Assembly: GCA_040389105.1 (NCBI GenBank)
Contig: JAZKAO010000029.1
Coordinates: 390 to 64,389 of the forward strand
Direction: 5' to 3'
From: Bacteroidota bacterium
GTDB taxonomy: Bacteria; Bacteroidota; Bacteroidia; Sphingobacteriales; Sphingobacteriaceae
Length of the DNA: 64,000 nt
Position numbers and translations under genes: made by a program. The notes under the pieces are model-generated. The model saw only the letters and a program-made list of their open reading frames with translations, was not told the DNA's origin and did no database searches. This document shows positions 17,192 to 27,886 of the stretch, piece by piece; within the stretch, counting starts at the first letter, position 1; every line of letters begins with the position of its first letter.

Positions 17192-19405
17192 ATGAAGAAG
17201 AACCTCACCATCCTCTTATTGTTAGCCTTTGTTTTTAAAACCCATGCGCAAAATATTCCCTTAATAAAGGGTTGGAAACTGGCCATAGGCGATTCGGCCC
17301 GCTGGGCTGCCCCCGATTTTGATGACCGGAACTGGCAGGCTGTTGATATAGCCAAAAGCTGGGAAGAGCAGGGCCATCCAGATCATGATGGCTTTGGCTG
17401 GTATCGTATCCATTTGGTTATTCCGTCATCAATTATTAAAAACGCTTTTTTTAAGGATAGCTTGGTATTTAACCTGGGCAGTGCCGATGATAACGACGAG
17501 GTATACCTGAATGGTAAACTGATTGGTAAGTACGGCAATAGGGGAGGCAGCATAAAGGATGGGCACTATGGGCCGCGCAGTTATACCATAGCGGTTAATA
17601 ATCCAGCCGTTTTATGGGATAAGGAAAATGTGCTGGCTATACGTATTTACGATACCGGCGGCGCCGGTGGTGTTTATGGCAAAAACTTAAACATCAGCAT
17701 GGTCGATGTAATGGACGGCGTACAGTTTGATACCCGCTCAGATTATGTTTATGGCGCAGGTAACAGCTTAATTAAACCGGTAAAGCTGATCACCAAAAAC
17801 CATTACAACTACAAGGGCAAACTTTACTTTAAAGTAACCGATCCCGAAACTAAGGCAGTGGTTTATCAGCAAACAACCAATGCCGGCTTCACTTTTGGTA
17901 AGTCATTTACCTATTCGTTCAAGGTGCCTCTGTCGAAAAAATCGTACACGGTTGATTATACCTTTACCGATGAAAAATCAGGCAAAAAGATTGATCAAAC
18001 CGAAAGCACACCATACATACTTACACCTGCGCCATCGGCTAAGCCAAAAATAAATGGCCCCGAAGTATTTGGCGCGCGGCCCGGTCACCCGGTATTGTAT
18101 TTGATCCCTGCTACGGGCCAAAAGCCATTAAAGTACGCGGCTTCGGGTTTGCCTGCCGGGCTTAAACTGGATGCTGCAACGGGCATTATAACCGGTATGG
18201 TAAGCCAAAAGGGCGACTATCCTATTACCCTTACCGCCAGCAACAAGTTGGGCAATGCTACTAAAAAATTCACCTTTGCTATTGGTGATGTTATAGGCTT
18301 AACTCCCGCGCTGGGTTGGAATAGCTGGAACGCATGGGGATTAAGCGTGAACGATGAAAGGGTTAAAATATCGGCCAGGGCCATGGCCGATAGATTGAGC
18401 GCCCACGGTTGGGCGTACATTAATATTGATGATGGCTGGGAAGCCGAAAACCGTGCCGCCGACGGCCGGATTGTTGCTAACAGCAAATTCCCGGATATGA
18501 AAGCCTTGAGCGATTATGTACATGGTTTGGGCCTGCGCATGGGTATTTACTCAAGCCCGGGGCCACGCACCTGCGGTGGTTATTTGGCCAGTTGGCAGCA
18601 CGAAGACCAGGATGCCCAAACCTATGGAGACTGGGGGATTGATTACTTAAAATACGATTGGTGCAGTTATTCGCAAGTGGTAATGCACAACCCCGATCTG
18701 GCTACGGCCATAAAACCCTACCAGGTAATGCGTAACTCGCTGGATAAGGTTAACCGCGATATCATGTATAGCTTTTGCCAGTACGGCGATAACAAGGTAT
18801 GGGAATGGGGCGCAAAAATTGGCGGTAACAGCTGGCGCACCACAGGCGATATAACGGATACATGGGAAAGTATGTCGACCATTGGGTTTAAACAGGATGA
18901 GATGGCACCATTTGCCGGCCCGGGGCATTTTAACGATCCGGATATGCTGGTGATAGGCAAGGTAGGCTGGGGCCCAAGCCTGCATAACAGCCGCCTTACC
19001 TTTGATGAACAATATACTCATATTAGCTTGTGGAGCCTGCTGGCATCGCCATTATTAATAGGCTGCGATATGGGGAACCTGGATAAGTTTACCTTAAGCC
19101 TGCTCACTAACGATGAAGTACTGGCTATTGATCAGGATGCCTTAGGTAAAAGCGCCCGCCAGTATCTTAAAAACGATAATTACCAAATATGGGTAAAGGA
19201 TTTAAAGGACGGCGGCAAGGCTATTGGTCTATTCAATACATCCGATCAATACCAAACCATTAGTTTAGGGCAATTAGCTGCTGTTTTAAAGCCCTATCAC
19301 CAATTTAGGGATGTTTGGCGGCAGCAAGATATCAAAGCAACGGGCAAAGCCTTAACAGCCAAAATAGCGCCACATGGTGTATGGCTGATCAGGGCAGAGA
19401 AATGA
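17192..19405 (+). CDS. GH27 alpha-galactosidase with N-terminal galactose-binding-like domain and putative Ig (He_PIG) domain
   Basis: TPALGWNSWN, NIDDGW, DYLKYDWC, WRTTGDI, FNDPDML; signal peptide from ATG 17192 (MKKNLTILL). Confidence 0.9.
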   Translation: MKKNLTILLLLAFVFKTHAQNIPLIKGWKLAIGDSARWAAPDFDDRNWQAVDIAKSWEEQGHPDHDGFGWYRIHLVIPSSIIKNAFFKDSLVFNLGSADDNDEVYLNGKLIGKYGNRGGSIKDGHYGPRSYTIAVNNPAVLWDKENVLAIRIYDTGGAGGVYGKNLNISMVDVMDGVQFDTRSDYVYGAGNSLIKPVKLITKNHYNYKGKLYFKVTDPETKAVVYQQTTNAGFTFGKSFTYSFKVPLSKKSYTVDYTFTDEKSGKKIDQTESTPYILTPAPSAKPKINGPEVFGARPGHPVLYLIPATGQKPLKYAASGLPAGLKLDAATGIITGMVSQKGDYPITLTASNKLGNATKKFTFAIGDVIGLTPALGWNSWNAWGLSVNDERVKISARAMADRLSAHGWAYINIDDGWEAENRAADGRIVANSKFPDMKALSDYVHGLGLRMGIYSSPGPRTCGGYLASWQHEDQDAQTYGDWGIDYLKYDWCSYSQVVMHNPDLATAIKPYQVMRNSLDKVNRDIMYSFCQYGDNKVWEWGAKIGGNSWRTTGDITDTWESMSTIGFKQDEMAPFAGPGHFNDPDMLVIGKVGWGPSLHNSRLTFDEQYTHISLWSLLASPLLIGCDMGNLDKFTLSLLTNDEVLAIDQDALGKSARQYLKNDNYQIWVKDLKDGGKAIGLFNTSDQYQTISLGQLAAVLKPYHQFRDVWRQQDIKATGKALTAKIAPHGVWLIRAEK

Positions 19406-19427
19406 TAGATAAGGTATTGTAAAAAAT

Positions 19428-19465
19428 AAAGACCTCGCAAGTGCTAATATACTTGCGAGGTCTTT
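19428..19465. terminator. Bidirectional intrinsic terminator
   Basis: 15 bp stem AAAGACCTCGCAAGT / ACTTGCGAGGTCTTT between convergent genes. Confidence 0.85.
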
Positions 19466-19487
19466 TATTTTAGAGACTCTCTGCTAT

Positions 19488-22400
19488 TTATTTCCCGTCA
19501 TCATCTGCGGCTTGCAGTTCATCTTCTTTTTTGCCTTTGCCAAGGCGTATTTTAGGTTTATCCTGCGTGCCGGTAATGGTCATCGGGATCCCTAAAATAC
19601 CTAAAGGCGGCAGGCCTAACCTAAATTTGATATTCATAGCCTTATCAAAATTAACCTGCCCCTCAAACCTTACCCTGAACCCGGCCATGCGCATTTTGGT
19701 AGGCGCAATGGTAATGATATTATTGGCAATGGTGGTTTTTATCTCCACTTTGCTTAGGTCGGCGTTGTTAGATAGACTATCATGACTGGTTGAACTGCCA
19801 ATAGCGCCTGCCAGTTTAAAACCATGCATTTTTATTTTTGATGCCGATAGTACCCCGCCACCTTTTAGCGACGCGTATACTGGTTGCATATTGCTATTGA
19901 GGCGACCGCTGAGCTGATAATCCAGCGATACCAAACCCTCGGCATGGGCTGCCGATGTGGCCATATCATGGAACAGCTTAATATTGTTATAAGCTTTTTT
20001 AATATCAAAATCCCTGGCACTGATATGATAGTTAAAGAATGCCTTTTGCGCACCTGTGTTTGTATAAGATGCATCCATACCCACAGGTGAGCCGATGAGG
20101 TTAAAGCCGGTTTGTTTCAGGTTGATATTGCCTTGCTTAATGGTCATCTGGCTTTTAGCATCAACAAGGGTTAGGCCGTTATACTTTAGCTTTTTAACAT
20201 CGGCGGCAAAACTCAGGTCGAGGTTACGTGGCACCATCACTACGCCCGTTGCTCCGCCACCTGTATTAGTGGTAGTACCCGTTCCGGCGAAAGCCATAAA
20301 ATCATCAACTACTATTTGGTTACTGGTCAGGTTAAAATCGCCCTTTAAAACCGAACCCGGTTTAAGGGCATAGTCGATTACGTTAGATAAAGCGCCGTTC
20401 AGCACAATTTCCGAATTACCATACCGGGCAACAAACGTATCAAATAGCATTTTTTCCTGGTTAAAGCTAAAAGCTCCCTTGCTGATGATAAACGGCTTGG
20501 GGAATAATTCGGTACTTAAGGCTACCCGGTTTACCTTTAATGTGCCCGAATTAGCCAGCTTATCATAACGACCGGCCATGGCATCGCTTTGCTTGCCTTT
20601 TAAGCTAAAGTTGGCTGCTATATTTCCATTTACATCATAACCTTTTAGCGCAAATACCTGGTAAATTTTCCCAATGTTAATGGTACCCCTGGCAAACAGG
20701 TTATAGTTAATATCGGCAAAATTGCGCAGTTCGGCTTTTAAAAAGAAGGGTTCGTTCTCAAATTTAAATGAGATAGGTTTAACCGAAACGGCTGTACCAG
20801 CTAAGGTACCTGTGCTATTGGTAACTGTAGTGCTTACCTGAATATTATCTATAGGGTGAGGATAATATTTGGTTTGGATAGCGCCATTTTTTAAACTGAT
20901 ATTGGCCACCGTTACCGGGAACTTCTTTTGAGCAGGCAGGTAACTGCCCTTGGCGTGGATATCTGCAAACAGGTCGCCTTTCAGGTCGGTACTGTCTACG
21001 GGGTAAATCTTTTTCAGGTCGGCCAGGTTAAAGCTGGCTTGCAGCAAGGCATCAACCGGGGCATTATCGCTGTTACTGTATTTAAAATAACCTTTTATAT
21101 AATTATGCAGGGCGGTAATATTAAGGTTATCCATAGCTACCTTAATGTTTTTATAATTATGATCCGGGCAATCGGCAATCATGTCAAAACTGATATGATC
21201 AATAGCCTGCGGTAGCGACGCGTATTTTAAATACCCGTTTTTAAACGACGATTGCAGGCTGAATTTAGGGATGCTGACAGGCAAAGTATCTATTTTGCGT
21301 AGACCGGTGCGTACCGGCGCGGTGGCGTATTTGCCTTCGGCCAGCAGGTGTAAAGCGTAGCGGCCTTTCAGGTCTACCGTTTTAATGCCGAATGCCTGGT
21401 TCCATTTCTCCAGGTCTATCTCGGTATTTATTTTGGCGTAGATGTCGGGTTGCTTTACCCCTTTAACACGGATCACCGAACTGAAATAATCCTTGTCAAT
21501 ATTAAAGTATATCGAATCGATATTCAACGACAAGCTATCGGGATTTAGGGCCGGAACTTTAGCATCCATATTCACAAACAAATTTTTAACCGGCGAGGGC
21601 GATTTTTGGTTGTTGATATAACCATCGCGCACTTTTAAATTAAAGCTGAGATCGGGTTTAATATTATCCTTTACCATATACTTACCGATAAGCGATAGCG
21701 CGATATGCCCGTTGCCGTTCACCTCGGTACCTTCCAGCATTTTTTGGTAGGCGGCAGGCAAGGCGGTAAAAATATCGCTCAAATCGCTCTCGTGCGATTC
21801 TACCCTGAAATCCATATCATAACCATCCTTTATAAAGGCGAAACGGCCTTTAAACTGAACGGGCAGGGCATTGATCATCAAATCGTTTTTCTGAAAAATA
21901 AAAGCCAGCGATCGGGTATTGATCTGTGTGACCAGATCGGCATTTACTTTTTTGCCCAGGATATAGGCCTGTTTGGCGTAATAAAAATCGAGCGACTGGA
22001 TACTGGTGTGCGTGTGCAGGTCAAAAACATCTTTACTCAGGTCGCCGCTGCCGGTATAGTTAAAACCGCGGGCAATAATTTTCATCGGTAACGATTCATC
22101 GTTATAAACCAGGCGGCTTTTCTCCACTAAAATTTGTTCGATACCTAAGGATGCGCCGCTGCTATCGGCCGCAGCTGTGGTTTGTTGACCGGCTGATTTA
22201 TAAATATTGTAATTGGCCTTGCCCGCGCTATCAACCTGGATATTGATAAAGGCCTGGTTAAGGTATATTTTATTAATGCTGATCTTGCTTTTAAATATCG
22301 ATGACAGGTCTATCCCCAGCGTAAGTTCCTTAGTGGCAACCAGGGTATCCTGCTCAAATGGCGCGCTGCCTTTCAAATCTACATTGTAAAGGGTAAGGCT

Positions 22401-22610
22401 CAATTCGGGGAAATGCTTAAAAAACGACAGGCTGGTACCCGAAAACGCGATATGCCCGTTAATGCGCTGATTAGCCCAATGGTTTATTTTTTTAGTGAAC
22501 GTTTGCGGGAACAGAAAGGGCAGCAGGAACATGAGCAATAGCAAACTGCCTATAACAATGCCACTTATTTTAAGGGTTTTAATTAACCCACGTTTAACGG
22601 ATGCGCTCAT
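19488..22610 (-). CDS. AsmA family protein (bridge-like lipid transfer type)
   Basis: N-terminal TM anchor followed by a long beta-groove repeat sequence; TAAATTTG -7 box at 22669-22676 favours ATG 22610 over 22658. Confidence 0.85.
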   Translation of the reverse strand: MSASVKRGLIKTLKISGIVIGSLLLLMFLLPFLFPQTFTKKINHWANQRINGHIAFSGTSLSFFKHFPELSLTLYNVDLKGSAPFEQDTLVATKELTLGIDLSSIFKSKISINKIYLNQAFINIQVDSAGKANYNIYKSAGQQTTAAADSSGASLGIEQILVEKSRLVYNDESLPMKIIARGFNYTGSGDLSKDVFDLHTHTSIQSLDFYYAKQAYILGKKVNADLVTQINTRSLAFIFQKNDLMINALPVQFKGRFAFIKDGYDMDFRVESHESDLSDIFTALPAAYQKMLEGTEVNGNGHIALSLIGKYMVKDNIKPDLSFNLKVRDGYINNQKSPSPVKNLFVNMDAKVPALNPDSLSLNIDSIYFNIDKDYFSSVIRVKGVKQPDIYAKINTEIDLEKWNQAFGIKTVDLKGRYALHLLAEGKYATAPVRTGLRKIDTLPVSIPKFSLQSSFKNGYLKYASLPQAIDHISFDMIADCPDHNYKNIKVAMDNLNITALHNYIKGYFKYSNSDNAPVDALLQASFNLADLKKIYPVDSTDLKGDLFADIHAKGSYLPAQKKFPVTVANISLKNGAIQTKYYPHPIDNIQVSTTVTNSTGTLAGTAVSVKPISFKFENEPFFLKAELRNFADINYNLFARGTINIGKIYQVFALKGYDVNGNIAANFSLKGKQSDAMAGRYDKLANSGTLKVNRVALSTELFPKPFIISKGAFSFNQEKMLFDTFVARYGNSEIVLNGALSNVIDYALKPGSVLKGDFNLTSNQIVVDDFMAFAGTGTTTNTGGGATGVVMVPRNLDLSFAADVKKLKYNGLTLVDAKSQMTIKQGNINLKQTGFNLIGSPVGMDASYTNTGAQKAFFNYHISARDFDIKKAYNNIKLFHDMATSAAHAEGLVSLDYQLSGRLNSNMQPVYASLKGGGVLSASKIKMHGFKLAGAIGSSTSHDSLSNNADLSKVEIKTTIANNIITIAPTKMRMAGFRVRFEGQVNFDKAMNIKFRLGLPPLGILGIPMTITGTQDKPKIRLGKGKKEDELQAADDDGK

Positions 22611-22761
22611 ATATGTATAAATTGTGATCGGGAAATGGCTGATACAGCAGCGTGCCACATTAGCTGTGCAAATTTAGCAATTGCAGGCTTAATATAGCTA
22701 AAGGCACCGGTAAACAAAAAAAACCTTTAGACTTCCGACTAAAGGCTTTTGACTTAAAGAG

Positions 22762-22833
22762 TGCTCCCGACGAGATTCGAACTCATATCGATGGTACCGG
22801 AAACCATAATTCTATCCGTTGAACTACGGGAGC
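22762..22833 (-). tRNA. tRNA-Arg(CCG), CCA not encoded
   Basis: Acceptor GCTCCCG/CGGGAGC, anticodon arm ATGGT-TTCCGGT-ACCAT, T-loop GTTCGAAT. Confidence 0.95.
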
Positions 22834-22952
22834 AGGGCGCAAATATAACCTATTGCCGGTTATTTTAAATGCAAACATATCATTGTTCTTTATATTTTAA
22901 CAGCAAATTAATGTAACCATCATATATTAGCCTGTAAATTATAGCATTAACA

Positions 22953-23807
22953 ATGAGTAACAGACGTAAATTTTTAAAATCATCGCTTATCGGTATGGCA
23001 GGTATTAACCTGCTGCCGGCTATTAATACGTTTGCAGGTACGGTTGATATTAATCATCATACTAAGGCCGATGGTAAGTTCAAACTGCGCTTCGCCTTAG
23101 TTTCGGATGGGCACTACGCGCAGCCAGAGACTGATTCGGACACTTTTTACGGCAATATGGTGGGGTGGATGAAAAAAGAACACAAGGATAACCACCTGGA
23201 TTTTGTAATTGTAAACGGCGATTTGGTACATAACCGCCCCGATCTGCTGCCAAAGGTTAAGTCCACCTATCTGGATAAATTCCCGGTGCCGTATTATACC
23301 CTGCCCGGCAACCACGATTTTGCCGACGCGCAGATTTGGAAAAGCGTTTTTGGATACGAGGATAATTATACCATTGATAAAGGCGATATTGGCTTTGTAT
23401 TGGCTAACACCGCCGATACTAAAGGGAAATATGTTTGCCCCAATGCCGCCTTTTTAAAAGCATCGTTCGATCAGTTTAAAAACAAACAAATTGTATTTGC
23501 CGTGCTGCATATCCCGCCGCATACCTGGCTACCCGAAGAGAAGTCGATATTTTTAGAGTGCCCGGATATTTTGGAACTATTGCATAGCTACCCTAATATC
23601 AAGGCCGTATTCCACGGGCACGATCATTCGCTGGATGGGGTGCGTTATACCGGCAAGCTGCCCCACCTGTTCGATTCGCACTTTGGCGGCGATTGGGGTA
23701 CAGCCTACAAGGGTTACCGGGTGGTGGAGGTTGGGCTTGATAATCAGATTAACACTTACCAGGTTAATGCCAGCATGAACCCAAAGATGAATGCGAATAA
23801 GCTGTAG
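22953..23807 (+). CDS. Tat-exported calcineurin-like metallophosphoesterase
   Basis: NRRKFLK twin-Arg signal; SDGH, NGDL, GNHD, HIP, FHGHDH motifs. Confidence 0.9.
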   Translation: MSNRRKFLKSSLIGMAGINLLPAINTFAGTVDINHHTKADGKFKLRFALVSDGHYAQPETDSDTFYGNMVGWMKKEHKDNHLDFVIVNGDLVHNRPDLLPKVKSTYLDKFPVPYYTLPGNHDFADAQIWKSVFGYEDNYTIDKGDIGFVLANTADTKGKYVCPNAAFLKASFDQFKNKQIVFAVLHIPPHTWLPEEKSIFLECPDILELLHSYPNIKAVFHGHDHSLDGVRYTGKLPHLFDSHFGGDWGTAYKGYRVVEVGLDNQINTYQVNASMNPKMNANKL

Positions 23808-23820
23808 CTTCGAGTCCGAA

Positions 23821-23970
23821 AGTCGGAAAAGACCGGAAGTCCGGAAGATATATTCTTAATGCGTCGTTCCTTACAGCAATGACGGAGGTTATAAAGCAAA
23901 AGAAGCGAACGGAAACCGTTCGCTTCTTTTGCTTTAATTCTATCTTCCGGACTTCCGGTCTTTTCCGACT
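23821..23970. repeat. 30 bp perfect inverted repeat (GTCCGGAAG family) enclosing a terminator
   Basis: AGTCGGAAAAGACCGGAAGTCCGGAAGATA (23821-23850) is the exact reverse complement of 23941-23970. Confidence 0.9.
23892..23936. terminator. Bidirectional intrinsic terminator
   Basis: 21 bp stem TAAAGCAAAAGAAGCGAACGG-aaa-CCGTTCGCTTCTTTTGCTTTA. Confidence 0.85.
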
Positions 23971-23972
23971 CC

Positions 23973-25076
23973 TTACACATTAAACCTAAAGTGCATTACA
24001 TCGCCGTCTTCAACAATGTATGTTTTGCCTTCAATCCCCAGCTTGCCGTTTTCTTTTATCGTAGCTTCAACGCCATTATATTTTACAAAGTCTTCGTACT
24101 TAATTACTTCGGCGCGGATAAAGCCTTTTTCAAAATCGCTGTGGATCACACCGGCAGCTTGTGGCGCGGTAAAGCCCTTGGTAATCGTCCAGGCGCGTAC
24201 TTCCTGCACACCGGCAGTAAAGTAGGTGGCCAGGTTAAGCAATTTGTAAGCTGCTTTAATTAATTTATTAACGCCCGATTCGGCTAAGCCCAGATCTTCT
24301 AAAAACATTTGGCGCTCGTCATAGCTTTCCAGCGTAGCAATTTCCGATTCTATTTGTGCTGATATTACCAGCACTTCGGCACCTTCTGCTTTGGCAGCCG
24401 CTTTCACACGCTCTACATAAGCATTGCCGGTATTAACCGATGCTTCATCAACATTACAAACGTATAATACCGGTTTGGCAGTCAGCAGCCATATATCGGC
24501 AATATATTCCTGGTCCTCTTCGGCAACAGGGGCGGTACGTGCCGATTTACCTTCCAGCAAATGGTTTTTGTAAATGGTCAGCACATCGAAGGTTTTTTTA
24601 GCCTCTTTGTCGCCGCCGGTCTTGGCCATTTTCTCTACCTTTTGGATCTTTTTTTCTATTGAGTCAAGGTCTTTTAACTGCAATTCGGTATCAATAATCT
24701 CTTTATCGCGAATCGGGTCAACCGAGCCATCTACGTGTATCACGTTATCATTATCAAAGCAGCGTAAAACATGCAATATGGCATTGGTAGCACGTATGTT
24801 GGCCAAAAATTGGTTACCCAAGCCCTCGCCCTTGCTGGCGCCTTTTACCAGGCCGGCAATATCAACAATCTCAATTACGTTAGGTACCACGTTTTTGGGC
24901 ACTACTATTTCGGTAAGCTTGGTCAGGCGCTCATCCGGCACGGTAATTACACCCACGTTAGGCTCTATAGTACAAAACGGAAAGTTAGCCGCCTGTGCCT
25001 TAGCGTTTGATAAGCAATTAAAAAGAGTTGATTTCCCCACGTTTGGCAAACCCACTATACCACATTGTAGTCCCAT
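23973..25076 (-). CDS. ychF: Redox-regulated ATPase YchF
   Basis: GIVGLPNVGKST, NFPFCTIEPN, DIAGLVKGAS.GEGLGN.FL, TGS C-terminus; TATCTTTG -7 box at 25166-25173. Confidence 0.98.
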   Translation of the reverse strand: MGLQCGIVGLPNVGKSTLFNCLSNAKAQAANFPFCTIEPNVGVITVPDERLTKLTEIVVPKNVVPNVIEIVDIAGLVKGASKGEGLGNQFLANIRATNAILHVLRCFDNDNVIHVDGSVDPIRDKEIIDTELQLKDLDSIEKKIQKVEKMAKTGGDKEAKKTFDVLTIYKNHLLEGKSARTAPVAEEDQEYIADIWLLTAKPVLYVCNVDEASVNTGNAYVERVKAAAKAEGAEVLVISAQIESEIATLESYDERQMFLEDLGLAESGVNKLIKAAYKLLNLATYFTAGVQEVRAWTITKGFTAPQAAGVIHSDFEKGFIRAEVIKYEDFVKYNGVEATIKENGKLGIEGKTYIVEDGDVMHFRFNV

Positions 25077-25085
25077 ATTTTTATT

Positions 25086-25152
25086 TAGTTCATAGTTAAT
25101 GGTTCATAGATCATGGCAGTTACTATGAACTATGATCCATGAACTATTAACC
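25086..25152. repeat. Inverted array of TRGWTMA heptamers in the ychF leader
   Basis: TAGTTCA TAGTTAA TGGTTCA TAGATCA, then CTATGAA CTATGAT CCATGAA CTATTAA. Confidence 0.85.
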
Positions 25153-25277
25153 CTCTAATTTGCCGCAAAGATAAGAGAAAAAACCACCTGTTTTTTCGAA
25201 AAATTAAACGCACCTTTGCGGGCGCTATAAAGGCACATAAAATCAAACAATAACATGTAAAAACGGAGGGCTACATA

Positions 25278-26654
25278 ATGGAAAAAGAGACGTTGGAAGA
25301 AGTACAACTATTGCTGGAGCAAAATGATGATAGAAAGCTTAGCAAGTATCTGAACGATTTGAATATATCGGATGTTGAACAACTGATAGATGATCTCCCC
25401 GAATATGGCCCCAGGTTTATTGAAATGTTATCCGTTAACCGCGCGGTTAATGTTTTTCGTATCCTTGATTTCCCAACCCAGGAGCGTTTCATTAAAAAAC
25501 TATCAGGTACTAAAATTGCCGAGCTGATCAATGGCCTGCCGCCGGATGACCGTACGGCCCTGTTTAGCGAGTTGCATGGCGATACCGTTAAGATCCTGAT
25601 TCAACTTTTACCACCCGACGACCGCAAGGAAGCACTTTCATTATTAGGTTATGAAGAGGATAGCGTTGGCCGTTTGATGACACCAGATTATATCACGGTG
25701 AAACAGGATTGGGATGTACCGCGTGTGCTATCGCATATCCGCAGATATGGCAAGCGGTCGGAAACCATTGATGTGCTGTATGTAATTGATAATAAAGGTG
25801 TTTTGCTGGATGATATCCGTATTCGTGAGGTATTGCTGGTAAAGCCCGAAACACAAGTGAGCGAACTGATGGACGGCAGGCTGATAGCCCTGAATGTAAA
25901 AGACCCGCAGGAAGAAGCTATTAATGTATTCAGGATGAATAACCGCACGGCCTTGCCGGTTACCGACGACGATGATATTATGCTGGGTATTGTTACCGTA
26001 GATGATATTTTGTGGATAGCTAACGAAGAATACACCGAGGATATCCAAAAAATAGGTGGTACCGAAGCGCTGGATGAGCCTTATCTGGACATTAACCTGT
26101 TTCGCCTGGTTAAAAAGCGCGTAGGCTGGTTGATTGTGCTTTTTTTAGGCGAAATGCTAACCGCCAGCGCCATGCAATATTTTGAAGGATCGATAGCTAA
26201 GGCAGTGGTATTGGCTATGTTTATCCCTTTAATTATATCCAGTGGGGGTAACAGCGGCTCGCAGGCATCCACATTAATTATACAGGCTATGGCACTGGGC
26301 GAGGTTACCATTGCCGATTGGTGGCGGGTAATGCGTCGTGAATTACTGTCTGGCACCATGTTGGGCATCACATTGGGTATTATTGGCTTTCTGCGCATCT
26401 TTATATGGACGCTTATTTTCCCTACACTATATGGCCCGCATTGGATGTTGGTTGGTTTTACAGTAGGTACGGCGTTGATAGGGGTGGTATTATGGGGATC
26501 GCTGGCCGGATCGATGCTGCCGCTGGCTCTTAAAAAATTAGGTGCCGACCCGGCCACTTCATCGGCCCCATTTGTGGCCACGCTGGTTGATGTTACCGGG
26601 CTAATCATTTATTTCAGTATAGCGGTAATGATTATGAGCGGTACCTTACTATAA
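25278..26654 (+). CDS. mgtE: Magnesium transporter MgtE
   Basis: MgtE_N, CBS pair, GGNSGSQ and ATSSAPFVATLVDVTG motifs. Confidence 0.97.
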   Translation: MEKETLEEVQLLLEQNDDRKLSKYLNDLNISDVEQLIDDLPEYGPRFIEMLSVNRAVNVFRILDFPTQERFIKKLSGTKIAELINGLPPDDRTALFSELHGDTVKILIQLLPPDDRKEALSLLGYEEDSVGRLMTPDYITVKQDWDVPRVLSHIRRYGKRSETIDVLYVIDNKGVLLDDIRIREVLLVKPETQVSELMDGRLIALNVKDPQEEAINVFRMNNRTALPVTDDDDIMLGIVTVDDILWIANEEYTEDIQKIGGTEALDEPYLDINLFRLVKKRVGWLIVLFLGEMLTASAMQYFEGSIAKAVVLAMFIPLIISSGGNSGSQASTLIIQAMALGEVTIADWWRVMRRELLSGTMLGITLGIIGFLRIFIWTLIFPTLYGPHWMLVGFTVGTALIGVVLWGSLAGSMLPLALKKLGADPATSSAPFVATLVDVTGLIIYFSIAVMIMSGTLL

Positions 26655-26726
26655 ATTTCAAAACGCTATTGTTTGGTTTTTAATTATTTATAATTTTATA
26701 GTAATTTAAAACCAAACATCAACACA

Positions 26727-27212
26727 ATGGAAACAACCGAGCCCGAAGTACAGCCAACACCCGAACATGAACCAGTGATGGTGCTTAACCAGGAGGCGCA
26801 ATATTATTTACAACAAGCAGGTAAATGGGCCTCGTTTTTGGGCATTATGGGTTTTATAGGCAGTGGATTAATATTATTAGTGGCCATATTTGCCGGCACA
26901 TTATTATCAACCATATCAAAATTTTCTCCCAGTCCAAGCCCGCTTACTATGATGGGGCCAGCTATTGGGGTAATTTACTTTATTATAGCGGGCATCATGT
27001 TTTATATAAACCTTAATCTTTACCAGTTTGGTACACGTATAAAAAGCGGTATTGCCTTTGGAGACAATCGTATATTAACCAGTTCTTTTGATAAGTTAAG
27101 ATCATTCTTTAAAATAAAGGGCATTATACTTATTGTGGTAATAAGTTTTTATTTATTAGCCCTAATAGCTGTTGTTATTGCCGGGGTAGGTGCTGCGTCT
27201 ATGATGCGGTAG
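26727..27212 (+). CDS. DUF5362 family membrane protein
   Basis: YL.QAGKWA.FLGIMGF, three TM, LRSFFKI.G. Confidence 0.75.
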   Translation: METTEPEVQPTPEHEPVMVLNQEAQYYLQQAGKWASFLGIMGFIGSGLILLVAIFAGTLLSTISKFSPSPSPLTMMGPAIGVIYFIIAGIMFYINLNLYQFGTRIKSGIAFGDNRILTSSFDKLRSFFKIKGIILIVVISFYLLALIAVVIAGVGAASMMR

Positions 27213-27230
27213 TTTGCTTTACCTGGCACA

Positions 27231-27271
27231 AATAAAAAGTCCCCCGGTGTAACACCGGGGGACTTTTTATT
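27231..27271. terminator. Bidirectional intrinsic terminator
   Basis: AATAAAAAGTCCCCCGGTG / CACCGGGGGACTTTTTATT stem. Confidence 0.85.
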
Positions 27272-27300
27272 TTATAATTGGTTAGGAGGGGAGCTTAAAT

Positions 27301-27627
27301 TTAAAAAGAAAAATCTTCGTCGGCGGATGCCCTTGCCGGTTCGTGGTTTTCGCTAAACTCGTAGCGTTTTTCTACCACTTCCTGGTTGGCTTTGATATAG
27401 TCGATGGTATCCTTTAAACCCTCGGCAAATTTTTCAAAGTCTTCCTTATACAGGAAAATTTTATGTTTTACAAAAACACCATCCTCCAAACGCTTTTTAC
27501 TTTCTGTAACGGTAACATAATAGTCATTTGATCGTGTTGCCTTTACATCAAAAAAGTAAGTCCGCTTGCCGGCCCTAACCTTTTTTGAATAAACCTCCTC
27601 GCGCTCTCTATTGTCAAAATCTCCCAT
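27301..27627 (-). CDS. DUF3276 / PUR-like nucleic acid-binding protein
   Basis: VYSKKVRAGKRTYFFDVKAT, VTESKK, KHKIFLYKEDF. Confidence 0.9.
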   Translation of the reverse strand: MGDFDNREREEVYSKKVRAGKRTYFFDVKATRSNDYYVTVTESKKRLEDGVFVKHKIFLYKEDFEKFAEGLKDTIDYIKANQEVVEKRYEFSENHEPARASADEDFSF

Positions 27628-27745
27628 ATAATAAGTGTTTGTTTAGTTTGTTTGGGATAAATATATAAATTTTTTCAAAGTGCAAGTATTAATTTCAATA
27701 TTATTGGAATTTTAAGTGTATTTTTTTAGAAGGATTGCAGTTTTA

Positions 27746-27878
27746 TTTAACCACAAAGATCATAAAGGGAGAATCCACAAAGATCATAAAGGAATATTAA
27801 AAAATATCTTTTAAACAATTTCCGTCATAAAAGCTTTGTGGCCTTTGTGCAAAAAACTTTGTGTGCTTTGTGGTTAAA
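27746..27878. repeat. TTTAACCACA-ended element, second copy
   Basis: 13 bp perfect terminal IR TTTAACCACAAAG / CTTTGTGGTTAAA; internal direct repeat CCACAAAGATCATAAAGG twice. Confidence 0.85.
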
Positions 27879-27886
27879 TTTGCACT

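Noticed and set aside
22680-23807. tRNA-Arg as an integration site for a genomic island
   Set aside because: No integrase, no duplicated tRNA 3' end, and the flanking genes look like ordinary chromosomal genes.
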